Source: a virus (taxonomy: Duplodnaviria; Caudoviricetes). From it: DNA of 64,000 bases. Below are positions 48,496-57,216 of the stretch, piece after piece. The notes under the pieces were generated by a model. That model saw nothing but the letters and a program-made list of their open reading frames with translations. It had not been told where the DNA came from and did not search any database. A program made the position numbers and the translations under genes. The DNA lies in the IMG/VR virus record IMGVR_UViG_3300033067_001435, positions 2,744 to 66,743 of that record, one strand, 5' to 3'. Within the stretch, counting starts at the first letter, position 1; every line of letters starts with the position of its first letter.

Positions 48496-49232
48496 CTTGC
48501 TTCGGTTGTTGGTTTAAGCCACACTTGATCAAAAATGTAGTTAAATAGTTCAGTATTCAATTCCTTTAAAGCGTATAACCTTTCAAGTGTTTTTCTTGTA
48601 TCAAACCTGAACATTTTATCGAGTTCTTCTCTAACTCGTTCAGTAGATACAGTTTCAAAGAAACGATCCACATTAAGGTTTTCAATTCCATCAACAATGT
48701 CGTTGGACATATTGAATTTTTTTGTGATGGAAAAACGAATTGCTCTTAATACCCGGAGAGGATCATCATTGAATGATGTAATAGCGTTTACAGGACAAAC
48801 CAACATCTTGTTATGAAGATCATACATACCACCAAATGGATCAATTAAGGTTCCATCTAAAGAACGGGCAATGGCATTAACTGTAAAGTCCCTACGCCTA
48901 AGATCATCTTCCAAGGTTCCAACTCGACAAATTTTTGGTCGGCGAGTTCCTTCCTGAAAACCTTCTTCATAACGGGCCATTACAAAGTCTGCTACTAAAC
49001 CTTCATGCTGATGACCTTTTGGGAATTTAGCCCTGATGGTAAACATTTCGTGCGTTACCAAAAATACTTGATAACCTTCAAGTTCAATGCAAGCATTAAA
49101 CCATAAAAAAGCCATAGCAGGATCAGCACTTGGAGCACCTTCAATTACAACTGTGTAGTCAATGTCCTTAGACTTTAAACCCAACAGGGAGTCTCGTACT
49201 GCTCCTCCAACTTCATAAAGTGTGTATTTCAT
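48492..49232 (-). CDS. cca: tRNA nucleotidyltransferase (CCA-adding/poly(A) polymerase class II), short form
   Basis: VGGAVRDSLLG...DID, DLRRRDFTVNA, DDPLRVLRAIRF, ERVREEL. Confidence 0.92.
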   Translation of the reverse strand: MKYTLYEVGGAVRDSLLGLKSKDIDYTVVIEGAPSADPAMAFLWFNACIELEGYQVFLVTHEMFTIRAKFPKGHQHEGLVADFVMARYEEGFQEGTRRPKICRVGTLEDDLRRRDFTVNAIARSLDGTLIDPFGGMYDLHNKMLVCPVNAITSFNDDPLRVLRAIRFSITKKFNMSNDIVDGIENLNVDRFFETVSTERVREELDKMFRFDTRKTLERLYALKELNTELFNYIFDQVWLKPTTEAR

Positions 49233-49243
49233 TTATTTTTTAT

Positions 49244-49489
49244 TTAGATTTTTGCAATTGCAACAATACCATCACAAAACACCCACAGATTTATATCTTG
49301 AATAGGTTGTTCGGTAACAAAAAATTCCTCCAAAAGCATTCTTTGATTATTCAAAATAGTAACAAGTCCAGATGTAATAACAACAAGAATTGTACAATTA
49401 TGCTTTTTTTGGAATTGAAGTATCTTTGGCATTAAAAATTCAACCCCAGCATTCACAACACCAGTTTTGGCATCAGTAGTGTATGTCAT
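49244..49489 (-). CDS. Hypothetical protein
   Basis: Start moved to MTYTT (ORF-track start 49558 overlaps upstream gene). Confidence 0.5.
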   Translation of the reverse strand: MTYTTDAKTGVVNAGVEFLMPKILQFQKKHNCTILVVITSGLVTILNNQRMLLEEFFVTEQPIQDINLWVFCDGIVAIAKI

Positions 49490-49496
49490 AATTTTG

Positions 49497-49748
49497 TTAT
49501 TTAAACAAGTCCAAACGTTTTTCGCCAAATAAACTTTGACGATTGAGAACCTTAACATAGTTTTTTGTAAACATCTGTTGGTATAGATTTATCTTAAACT
49601 CAACAGGAGACAGGCTATTGACATTCTCAAATGCCATAAACCTAAGTTCATTACCATGAGGACCGGGTTCTATGAAGATGACAGTACCCTCAGTAAAAGA
49701 GTCGGCTACATACCAACCAACATTATTAAATATTTCTTCGAATTTCAT
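49497..49748 (-). CDS. Hypothetical early protein (weakly like 54974-55243)
   Basis: 83 aa, first gene after promoter cassette. Confidence 0.6.
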   Translation of the reverse strand: MKFEEIFNNVGWYVADSFTEGTVIFIEPGPHGNELRFMAFENVNSLSPVEFKINLYQQMFTKNYVKVLNRQSLFGEKRLDLFK

Positions 49749-49773
49749 CTTTCAGTTCGTTTAATTAATGAAG

Positions 49774-49824
49774 CAAATATACAAACAAATTAACCTTTGT
49801 CAACCCCATTAGGAACTTATTAAC
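49774..49824 (-). promoter_or_regulatory. Early promoter cassette
   Basis: GTTAATAAGTTCCTAA box, TTGACA-N16-TATATTTG. Confidence 0.85.
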
Positions 49825-49825
49825 A

Positions 49826-50236
49826 TTAAGTGCTCTGAAAGATTAATCTTTTTCTCATTGTAATTCGAAAGAAACAACCTTGCCCACAATACAGTTTAAA
49901 GGTTAAACCTTTATAAATGTATTTTTGAGTTAGAAACATCTCTTTACATGGTCTGGAATTGCCCTTTTCTGAAATAGCATCAAACAATAAATTAAACAAG
50001 TTTGAAGTAGTTAAAATTCCTTTTTTATAATATCTTTCCTCAAATCTCTTTTCCCATTCACATAAGTTAACCACAAATGATAGGAATTCAGAATCACTCA
50101 TAAGTGATATTTTATTCCGCATCACTTGAACCCTTTTCTCAGTGCGCTGGGATTGTCTAAACAACATATCAGCAAATGATGCTGCTGATTTAGTATATTC
50201 CGGGGAATTCATAAACTCAATTAATTTCTCATTCAT
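49826..50236 (-). CDS. Hypothetical protein
   Basis: Start moved to MNEKL; ends LYCGQGCFFRI. Confidence 0.6.
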   Translation of the reverse strand: MNEKLIEFMNSPEYTKSAASFADMLFRQSQRTEKRVQVMRNKISLMSDSEFLSFVVNLCEWEKRFEERYYKKGILTTSNLFNLLFDAISEKGNSRPCKEMFLTQKYIYKGLTFKLYCGQGCFFRITMRKRLIFQST

Positions 50237-50240
50237 GTTT

Positions 50241-50537
50241 TTATGATTTAAATTGATCAAGGAATACAATATCGTTTTTAACCTTAATACCACATTCTTC
50301 ACATACTTTGAAGAATTGTAACTGGGTTAATTTCAGGCCAAGTTCCCTTTTAAATACAGGGAATTTACAACCTATCCTTCTCCTATCGAATCGGTTAATC
50401 TCTTCGCAGACTCTTTTAACTTCGTTGTAGAAAGTGATGTTGTCTACTTCAACAACTGTCTTTGTTATTTTTATCATAACTGGCTTGCAAGTATTAATAG
50501 TGACAGTAAAAACAGTATGGCCAATAGATATGGCCAA
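50241..50537 (-). CDS. Hypothetical protein
   Basis: 98 aa. Confidence 0.5.
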   Translation of the reverse strand: MAISIGHTVFTVTINTCKPVMIKITKTVVEVDNITFYNEVKRVCEEINRFDRRRIGCKFPVFKRELGLKLTQLQFFKVCEECGIKVKNDIVFLDQFKS

Positions 50538-50552
50538 AAACTGCTTGGTTTC

Positions 50553-51584
50553 TTATAGTTTCGCATATTCAGGTTCTATCTTTTTCCAAATGTGTTTCGA
50601 GTAATCTTTTCCATCCAACATAGCAAAAAGAACTGATGCAATTAAAGGTGCATCTGGATGAACCAATCGGTTTACCTCTTCTGCAAAATCCTTTCGGCTA
50701 TAATTTTTAGTTAATAACCCAATAAACATAATTTCATGTATGGATTTCAACTTATGGTATTGATCAGTCAATAGTTCTTCGAAATCGTGAACCTTATCAT
50801 AAAATTCATCTGGAACATCATTTAAGATCGAAGAAACTGGTTCACCGGCTGCCAATGCTTCCCAAATGCTTGTAGTCGAAAGGTTAGTCATTTGACGATG
50901 AAGTTTAATGTAATCTTCAAACTTAATCTTACAACGTTGTCCATTACTGAACCTTACAACAAAACCTTCACTGTTTTTCCAGTTTAGTTGCTTGATGTTT
51001 TTCCAGTCAAGACCATCAAACTTTTTAACAACTAAATCTACATACATTGGAAATGCCTCTGTAAAGGCAGAAAGTTCTAACTCTTGACCTGATGTTGAAA
51101 ATATACCAGTTATAATTAAATTAGGTTCTGGATATGAAACTACTATCTGCTCAAAACCTATCAGTTCAAAACAGTATGTAAGTTTTCTATTCGGATATTT
51201 TATGAAAATTGGATACTTTTCAATTAACAACCTTTTAGCCTCAATTGCATAAGGAGATGTAAATGATCCACGAGATGCTACAATCATTTCTCCTGCATAC
51301 CAAAACACAAGGATTAATGATCCATCCAATTTTTCGAATACTTCAAATTGATCAGTAGCCTCATGCTTTTCCTCTTCCATGTTGAAAAACTTAGGAAAAC
51401 CTTTAGCAATAATTTTACCATCTATATCAGTCACAAGACCACGACACATCAATGTGATCTCATCCCAATGCCCACCATATTGAGTTTCTGGTGTATAGTT
51501 CCAGATAATCAATGGAAGGTTCGGGTGAACCTGATTGAAGATCAAGCCACGAGATTTGTAGTCGTTTAAAATATCAATATTCAT
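50553..51584 (-). CDS. rnl1: RNA ligase 1 (T4 Rnl1-like)
   Basis: CRGLV, FPKFFN, motif I EKLDGS, SRGSF, FELIG, EGFVV, KIKFEDY. Confidence 0.9.
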   Translation of the reverse strand: MNIDILNDYKSRGLIFNQVHPNLPLIIWNYTPETQYGGHWDEITLMCRGLVTDIDGKIIAKGFPKFFNMEEEKHEATDQFEVFEKLDGSLILVFWYAGEMIVASRGSFTSPYAIEAKRLLIEKYPIFIKYPNRKLTYCFELIGFEQIVVSYPEPNLIITGIFSTSGQELELSAFTEAFPMYVDLVVKKFDGLDWKNIKQLNWKNSEGFVVRFSNGQRCKIKFEDYIKLHRQMTNLSTTSIWEALAAGEPVSSILNDVPDEFYDKVHDFEELLTDQYHKLKSIHEIMFIGLLTKNYSRKDFAEEVNRLVHPDAPLIASVLFAMLDGKDYSKHIWKKIEPEYAKL

Positions 51585-51981
51585 CTTCTAAAATTTCGTT
51601 AAGGATTTCTAATGCAATTTTGTTTGAACGATCAGCCTCTTCTTTAGTTTGAAACCGGAACTGTTCAAAGAAGAAATAGTTCGGGAGAGCAACTGGTTGT
51701 CCATACAATTGAAAAATTTGTTCAGGAGTCCATTCGAACAACCTGTCATACATTTCACTGTATGATGGATGGTCATGCAGAATCGGAAATGACTCAAACA
51801 CGAACTTACATTTTTCAATGAAGTAGTTGTATTCAGTTTTAGTCCAAGAAATAAAGTCTTCAAAGGTTGAAAACCTTGACTCTTCTAAACTAATGTATTT
51901 GCCACTTAGTTGACTAAACTGATTTAAACAGTCTCGAAAAATGATTCCTGCAACAGTAGTTTTTGAATTATCACTTAGCAT
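51574..51981 (-). CDS. Hypothetical protein
   Basis: 135 aa. Confidence 0.55.
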   Translation of the reverse strand: MLSDNSKTTVAGIIFRDCLNQFSQLSGKYISLEESRFSTFEDFISWTKTEYNYFIEKCKFVFESFPILHDHPSYSEMYDRLFEWTPEQIFQLYGQPVALPNYFFFEQFRFQTKEEADRSNKIALEILNEILEDEY

Positions 51982-51992
51982 ACTTTTGTTAT

Positions 51993-52274
51993 TTATTTAA
52001 GTTCAGAAATAGGTCGTGCAACTATTCTGGTTTTCAAAAGTTTCCTTTCACCGGATTCCAGTTTTCCTGAGAAACTACTAACCCAATGTTCTTCGATGGT
52101 GATGGTTTTGTCAGTCTCTTTGAGAATTTTCCCAACTTTGGACTCATTACCATAATTCCACAACATGGTATCTCCTACTTTCAATTCACCAGCAGGAGTT
52201 CCTTTTACATTACCAATGCCTTGAAGATAAGTGGTTCCGGCTGGTTGTATTTTTGTTGATGGTGTGTATCTCAT
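51993..52274 (-). CDS. Hypothetical SH3-like protein
   Basis: Start moved to MRYTP because the ORF-track 5' part overlaps a promoter. Confidence 0.6.
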   Translation of the reverse strand: MRYTPSTKIQPAGTTYLQGIGNVKGTPAGELKVGDTMLWNYGNESKVGKILKETDKTITIEEHWVSSFSGKLESGERKLLKTRIVARPISELK

Positions 52275-52309
52275 GTTTTGCGTTTTGCCCTTGGGCTTTA
52301 AGTACCTGA

Positions 52310-52371
52310 CAAAGATATGGGCCTGATCCTTATGAACCAAGCCCATGCCTTATGGTTAACAATCTATTAAC
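52310..52371 (-). promoter_or_regulatory. Promoter cassette, upstream box shifted by 11 bp
   Basis: TTG-N20-TATCTTTG; ttaacaatctattaac at 52356. Confidence 0.7.
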
Positions 52372-52374
52372 TAT

Positions 52375-52503
52375 TTAATCATTCATACGATTATAATAAT
52401 CACGATCATACTTTGCTGCTTTTGCCAAGTAAATTTGACGTTTTACAAATTTAATGAGGGTTGGGCCAAGTACAATGGCCGCAATAAAATAAATATATGT
52501 CAT
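52375..52503 (-). CDS. Small membrane protein (42 aa)
   Basis: MTYIYFIAAIVLGPTLIK; start moved from 52566. Confidence 0.5.
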   Translation of the reverse strand: MTYIYFIAAIVLGPTLIKFVKRQIYLAKAAKYDRDYYNRMND

Positions 52504-52504
52504 G

Positions 52505-52645
52505 TTAGTCTGGTCGTTTAACTTTTGTTTGTGAGTTCGCTCCTGCATTGTAGGCGTTTTCAACAATAGCCTTGACAGAAGGGTTTGTGTTTAAATAATG
52601 CTGCCAATCGGCAGATAACGTTTTGAAATATTGTTGAAAAGTCAT
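52505..52645 (-). CDS. Small hypothetical protein (46 aa)
   Basis: Hand-translated MTFQQYFKTLSADWQHYL...; fills gap. Confidence 0.5.
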   Translation of the reverse strand: MTFQQYFKTLSADWQHYLNTNPSVKAIVENAYNAGANSQTKVKRPD

Positions 52646-52659
52646 AATGTGATATTTTG

Positions 52660-52700
52660 TTGTTTGGGCCAACCAAAATGATCAGCCCAAACAATTTTTT
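52660..52700 (+). terminator. Stem-loop with T-tract on + strand
   Basis: ttgtttgggc/gcccaaacaa then tttttt. Confidence 0.5.
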
Positions 52701-53499
52701 AATTCAGTACTGTAAATTCTGCATCTTGAACAGTTGCATAAGACATTGCCAATTCAAACAACTGCTGATTGAATACTGTATCAGCAACAGCAGATTTGAG
52801 CGGACGACCTTTCCGCTTCATTCCCTCAACTTTGAACCCTCCGATTGTCAAGGCTTCCTGAACACGGTTGTAGACCTTCCAGAGGCTTGAACCTTCATCT
52901 TCTGGTCGAAGTACCTCAGCAACATTTGAAACGTTTGCATCAGTCTTTACGTTGTCCCAGCGAAGTGCCAAAGCCTGACGGGTAAAGGCTTCGATTTGGC
53001 TGTCAGACAGTGTGATAGCAGCCATTTCTTTTTGTTTTGCAACAGCAATTTCTAAATTTTTGAGGAATCCCATTGCAACCTCAAAGGCTGCTTCTGCTGG
53101 TGTTCCCATATGTCTAACAGAAAATTGACCAAATTCTTTGGTTGCGATAACCAAGCCATTCGAACAGATTATTCTGTAAATTCCCACATAAACTTTTAAT
53201 GGTGAGGTTCCATCGTAGGAGTTCATAATCACGATTTCTGGTTTGAGCCATTCATCGTTTAATTCTACAGGGTTAATAGCCCGCATTTTAACTACGTGTT
53301 TACCTCTCCCTTCTGTGTCTTTACCTTTCCGGTTTTTCTTTACCGAAATAGAGACCAACTCAAAAATTCCCAGTTCTAAAATTTCTTCGATCAAAACTCT
53401 GGTGTCCATTTGTTGGTAATATTTAGACATTACCTTTGTGGTTTGAATCGCTGGGTTCAGAACATTAATGTCAAAGTTTACTACTGCGGATGGATTCAT
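52699..53499 (-). CDS. DUF932/DUF945-family protein
   Basis: PEIVIMNSYDGTS...GIYRIICSNGLV, VRHMG, LWKVYNRVQE. Confidence 0.85.
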   Translation of the reverse strand: MNPSAVVNFDINVLNPAIQTTKVMSKYYQQMDTRVLIEEILELGIFELVSISVKKNRKGKDTEGRGKHVVKMRAINPVELNDEWLKPEIVIMNSYDGTSPLKVYVGIYRIICSNGLVIATKEFGQFSVRHMGTPAEAAFEVAMGFLKNLEIAVAKQKEMAAITLSDSQIEAFTRQALALRWDNVKTDANVSNVAEVLRPEDEGSSLWKVYNRVQEALTIGGFKVEGMKRKGRPLKSAVADTVFNQQLFELAMSYATVQDAEFTVLN

Positions 53500-53545
53500 G
53501 TCAAAAATTGTTTAGTGTGATTGACTGTTTGTCTGTTTGATGAAG

Positions 53546-53596
53546 CAAAGATACAAACAAGTTAAGACTTGTCAAGTCTATTAACAACCTATTAAC
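53546..53596 (-). promoter_or_regulatory. Early promoter cassette
   Basis: GTTAATAGGTTGTTAA box, TTGACA-N16-TATCTTTG. Confidence 0.85.
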
Positions 53597-53943
53597 TAAA
53601 GAGTCGCCTTAAATTGTTTAAGGTTAACAAGTTTTAATTTTTTACTAACTTCCATAATCTGCCTTTTGTTTTCAGTAGTAGCCTTTTCAAGTCGATCTTT
53701 TTCGGCTAATAGTGGCTTAAATTCCTCAAATATAGGCTCATTTTCTGGTATTGGGAGAAAGTAATTCTTTTCATAGTATTCGGAAATTTGATTATCTCCT
53801 GATACAAATCGCTTGTCCTTCCTAATTCCAGTTATAAGGACTCTATTTCTTTCGTTCGAAATAGGAAATGGATCATCAAATGGAGTATCCCCGCAATATA
53901 AAGCATAAAAAGGTTTAAATGATGCATTTTCCTTTATCCACAT
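53596..53943 (-). CDS. Hypothetical protein
   Basis: 115 aa. Confidence 0.55.
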   Translation of the reverse strand: MWIKENASFKPFYALYCGDTPFDDPFPISNERNRVLITGIRKDKRFVSGDNQISEYYEKNYFLPIPENEPIFEEFKPLLAEKDRLEKATTENKRQIMEVSKKLKLVNLKQFKATL

Positions 53944-54104
53944 ATCAATGGCTTTTTTACAGCAGAAAAGGATTTTTTATCCTTGATCTCTGTATCATAG
54001 TAATCTGACACTGATTTAAAGGTTTCATCACTTAGATTAAATGATATTTCAAAATTGCGATATACCTCAATAGGTACATCAGAACGATCTTTGTATTCAA
54101 ACAT
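53934..54104 (-). CDS. Small hypothetical protein (56 aa)
   Basis: Hand-translated MFEYKDRSDVPIEVY... Confidence 0.5.
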   Translation of the reverse strand: MFEYKDRSDVPIEVYRNFEISFNLSDETFKSVSDYYDTEIKDKKSFSAVKKPLICG

Positions 54105-54123
54105 GTTTTTTGGTTTTAAAGTG

Positions 54124-54489
54124 TTAATTATACATCGCTTGGTATTGCCCTATAATTGCGGTAGCCATTCCATCAGCAATAAGTTGAAGAAGTTCAACCA
54201 AAGTCTCATCCTTAGCCAGCCACAATTCTCCATATTCGGCTACCAACTCTTTGTTTTGGAGACAACCATTCATCCCTTCTGTAAGTTCACTCCAAAGCAA
54301 TTCTTTGGTGAATATGGCACTTTCTACCTTTTCAGATAGAACTTCACCTGTAGTCATTATAATGGCGTTGGTAATGAACGTTGAGTACTTGTCCATGTCA
54401 TCATTACTTATCAAAATGCCCCACATGTGAGCAATTGAAAGTTTAGCATACAAGGTTTCTATTTCTTCTTTTGAAACGAGATGATTCAT
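54124..54489 (-). CDS. Hypothetical protein
   Basis: 121 aa. Confidence 0.55.
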   Translation of the reverse strand: MNHLVSKEEIETLYAKLSIAHMWGILISNDDMDKYSTFITNAIIMTTGEVLSEKVESAIFTKELLWSELTEGMNGCLQNKELVAEYGELWLAKDETLVELLQLIADGMATAIIGQYQAMYN

Positions 54490-54692
54490 AGTTTTTTACT
54501 TAATTTAGCAATGATGACGAGAAAAGTTAGTAAAAGAACAATTGGAAAGGTTAGAGGTGCTGTAAAAATAGCACCAATTATATTAACTCTGTATTTTGAT
54601 ACAAGGTGAAGATACTTATCTTTCATCATACCATAAACCACAAAGGAATATAATACGATAGTACAAGTACAGTAAATTAATAAAAGAATCAT
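54486..54692 (-). CDS. Two-TM membrane protein
   Basis: Hydrophobic, 68 aa. Confidence 0.55.
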   Translation of the reverse strand: MILLLIYCTCTIVLYSFVVYGMMKDKYLHLVSKYRVNIIGAIFTAPLTFPIVLLLTFLVIIAKLSKKL

Positions 54693-54889
54693 TCTGGTAA
54701 TGTTATGGATTTTAGTTGAAGAACTGACTTCATTTTGTTCAGGTTGATTTGACCAATGAAATCGTATATTACTTTTTCTGAGATGTAATACACTCCTTCA
54801 ACTTCTATCAAGTCACCTGTTTCAATGTTAACGTGGAAACAGGCTTGCCGGATGTAATCAATGGCTGGAATTAAACTTATGTAAACCAT
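54689..54889 (-). CDS. Hypothetical protein
   Basis: Start moved to MVYIS (54931 overlaps -7 box). Confidence 0.5.
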   Translation of the reverse strand: MVYISLIPAIDYIRQACFHVNIETGDLIEVEGVYYISEKVIYDFIGQINLNKMKSVLQLKSITLPE

Positions 54890-54928
54890 GTCAGTGTCAG
54901 TTATTTTACTCCTTGTGGGTTTGTGATG

Positions 54929-54959
54929 CAAAGATACAAACTTTATTTTAGTTTGTCAA
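54929..54959 (-). promoter_or_regulatory. Early promoter
   Basis: TTGACA-N17-TATCTTTG; partial upstream box. Confidence 0.8.
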
Positions 54960-54973
54960 TAGAAAATAAAAAC

Positions 54974-55243
54974 TTATTTTAAAGTTCCTTGTATGGTTTT
55001 TTCGTTTACAATCCTAAAACGTTGGTTTGTCATAGACTTGTGAAATGTACAAGAGTCTGTTTTATTGAATGTTGCAAACAAATCTACCATAACAACTTGT
55101 CCAATTGTATCCATTTGAAGGTAGACTCCTTTATCAAATTTTTCGCCTCGAATGGCTACATTCTGATCAAACATCAATTTCAAGGCTTCATAAAAATTAA
55201 GGGTATATTCCATTTTAAATTGTGGTTTGAGTGATTGATTCAA
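54974..55243 (-). CDS. Small protein, possibly DUF2829/Tad2-like
   Basis: LNFYEALKLM...AIRGEKFDKGVYL...MTNQRFRIV. Confidence 0.45.
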   Translation of the reverse strand: MNQSLKPQFKMEYTLNFYEALKLMFDQNVAIRGEKFDKGVYLQMDTIGQVVMVDLFATFNKTDSCTFHKSMTNQRFRIVNEKTIQGTLK

Positions 55244-55976
55244 CTTTATAAACAGTTAATACATGGTTTCTGGCTTCAAAGCAGGAATCGTAGATTACAC
55301 CATCAACAACACAAGAAATGTGATTTTTAGTGCCAATTACAAAGATTCCAGTTTTAGGAAGTTTATTTATGATATTACCAATAACAGAACCTTTAAATGG
55401 CTTTTGATGGTTTTGCATCCATTTACTAAAGTAAGTTTCAAAAGACAAACCACGAGATTCAAAAATCCCTTTCCAGTCATTGAGCCATTCGTTTCTTTGC
55501 CGATCTTCTCTCCAACCCTTTTCGTATAGAAGATCATAGGACTCTTTGTATGTAATATTCAGACACTTTGCAACTGTCCAAATTTGGCAATCACCTTTTT
55601 TATCAATACCGGCTTCTTTGACAACACTTTGAGAAGTTTTAACATAATCGTAGGAATAACGAGATTTAACCTTTTTAACAATCTTAGGTTCGTTTTCCCG
55701 GTAAAACCGTTTGAACTTAATTCCCCTAACACATTTCCTACCCCGTCCCCAACCATATTCAGATTCACTGAAAAGTACGTTGTACCAACGACCTTTCAAT
55801 TCAACAACCCAAGCATCTGTGAAATCATAGTCTGCATCAAAATTATTCTTGATGAGACCTTCCTGAACAATAACAGCATCTTTAAATTTAGGTTGTTCTG
55901 TGAAGAATCTCTCTAATGCTCCTTGTGTTCTCCAACTTCTGAGATTGTTATCCTTAGTCAATTCTAAAAGTGTCAT
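55215..55976 (-). CDS. Phage protein with putative Cys-His-Asp (papain-like) C-domain
   Basis: GDCQIWTVA...Y..L, NHISCVVDGVIYDS. Confidence 0.55.
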   Translation of the reverse strand: MTLLELTKDNNLRSWRTQGALERFFTEQPKFKDAVIVQEGLIKNNFDADYDFTDAWVVELKGRWYNVLFSESEYGWGRGRKCVRGIKFKRFYRENEPKIVKKVKSRYSYDYVKTSQSVVKEAGIDKKGDCQIWTVAKCLNITYKESYDLLYEKGWREDRQRNEWLNDWKGIFESRGLSFETYFSKWMQNHQKPFKGSVIGNIINKLPKTGIFVIGTKNHISCVVDGVIYDSCFEARNHVLTVYKVESITQTTI

Positions 55977-56003
55977 AGATTGTTAATTGAATGAATGATA
56001 TGA

Positions 56004-56054
56004 CAAATATAAGGTCTATTTTTGAAATGTCAATACCATTAACAAATTATTTGC
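56004..56054 (-). promoter_or_regulatory. Early promoter cassette
   Basis: TTGACA-N16-TATATTTG; ttaacaaattatttgc box at 35-bp offset. Confidence 0.8.
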
Positions 56055-56598
56055 TTTTGTTCTTTTTGATGTTTTCTAGGTGATCAACATCTTGAGGAGT
56101 ACCCAGAAAGTTAACCTGTTCAAATAATTGTATTAACACATCATCACTAATTGGATCATCATAGTATGAGTAATGAACATCCCAACGAGTGCCATTAGGA
56201 TCGGTTATATCCTTTTGAGCATAACGATCAAGGTCTTTGAAATAAATTAGAGTACCATTGTAATTCACAGGAAATTCATTGTTCATATAAGAGAATATTG
56301 TGGTAATTCTCTGTTTACCATCAATTACTTTCAATGTACGATGTGTTTTATAAACTTGTTCTACAACTACAAATTTCAAAGTAGATGCACCTCGAAGTAA
56401 GGACAATATGAATTGCTCTTTTTGTAAATCAGTCCAAACCAAACCACGTTGTAAGTTACAATCATAAGTAGGCAAGTAAACATCAAAATCAATTGAATTG
56501 TATAATTTATTTGCCTTTAATCGGGTGAAACTGTCAATGTATAATCCCTGATTAATGGAGTGTTTATATTTTGGCTGAAAGAAATCTCGTGTAAACAT
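56047..56598 (-). CDS. Stand-alone DUF262 (GmrSD/ParB-like N-terminal) domain protein
   Basis: LQRGLVWT, FILSLLRG, IDGKQRITT, FEQVN. Confidence 0.85.
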   Translation of the reverse strand: MFTRDFFQPKYKHSINQGLYIDSFTRLKANKLYNSIDFDVYLPTYDCNLQRGLVWTDLQKEQFILSLLRGASTLKFVVVEQVYKTHRTLKVIDGKQRITTIFSYMNNEFPVNYNGTLIYFKDLDRYAQKDITDPNGTRWDVHYSYYDDPISDDVLIQLFEQVNFLGTPQDVDHLENIKKNKSK

Positions 56599-56602
56599 GG
56601 AA

Positions 56603-57112
56603 TTATTGCTTAATGGTGATCGAAAGGTTTGGGAATATGTTCTGTAAAGTGTTTACAAGGAATTCTAATTCCATCTCTTTAATTTTGTATCCACTGTTAT
56701 ATGGTCGGCATTTATCCGAAATCCAATCAAAGTTGAACCAATTAGTGTAGATAGAATTATCTTTCTCAAAAGACATTCCAGTGATAGTAACACCATTTTC
56801 TTTATTGGCTTGAATATTTTCTTTGATCTCTTTCGAAACCCTGATGACTTTTGGAATCATCTTTTTAACCTTTTCGTATTGCTCAATATCACCCTGAGAA
56901 AGGAGATTGTTGTTAAGCAGGAAGGTTTCAAGGCAGTCAAAACCGATGTTGAATTTTTCACCTTTTGGATTTTCGACAGTTGCAATATTTGCTATCAGTT
57001 TACCACAGTTGTCACAAGTGCAACCAAAGCCTTCCAACAGAGGAATGTATTTTTTGTCAACTACTGTGTAGTTAACGTTAAGTGAAAGTTTGCGCTGAAT
57101 GATGTTTTTCAT
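56603..57112 (-). CDS. Zinc-binding hypothetical protein
   Basis: CDNCGKLI...IGFDC; start moved to MKNII (ORF-track start overlaps promoter). Confidence 0.6.
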   Translation of the reverse strand: MKNIIQRKLSLNVNYTVVDKKYIPLLEGFGCTCDNCGKLIANIATVENPKGEKFNIGFDCLETFLLNNNLLSQGDIEQYEKVKKMIPKVIRVSKEIKENIQANKENGVTITGMSFEKDNSIYTNWFNFDWISDKCRPYNSGYKIKEMELEFLVNTLQNIFPNLSITIKQ

Positions 57113-57163
57113 AAGATGTCTTGTTTGTATTGACCGTTTTGTTCCCCTTGTGAGTTGTTTCAA

Positions 57164-57214
57164 CAAAGATACAAACAAGTTAAGGATTGTCAAGTAGGTT
57201 AACAACCTATTAAC
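57164..57214 (-). promoter_or_regulatory. Early promoter cassette
   Basis: GTTAATAGGTTGTTAA, TTGACA-N16-TATCTTTG. Confidence 0.85.
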
Positions 57215-57216
57215 AT

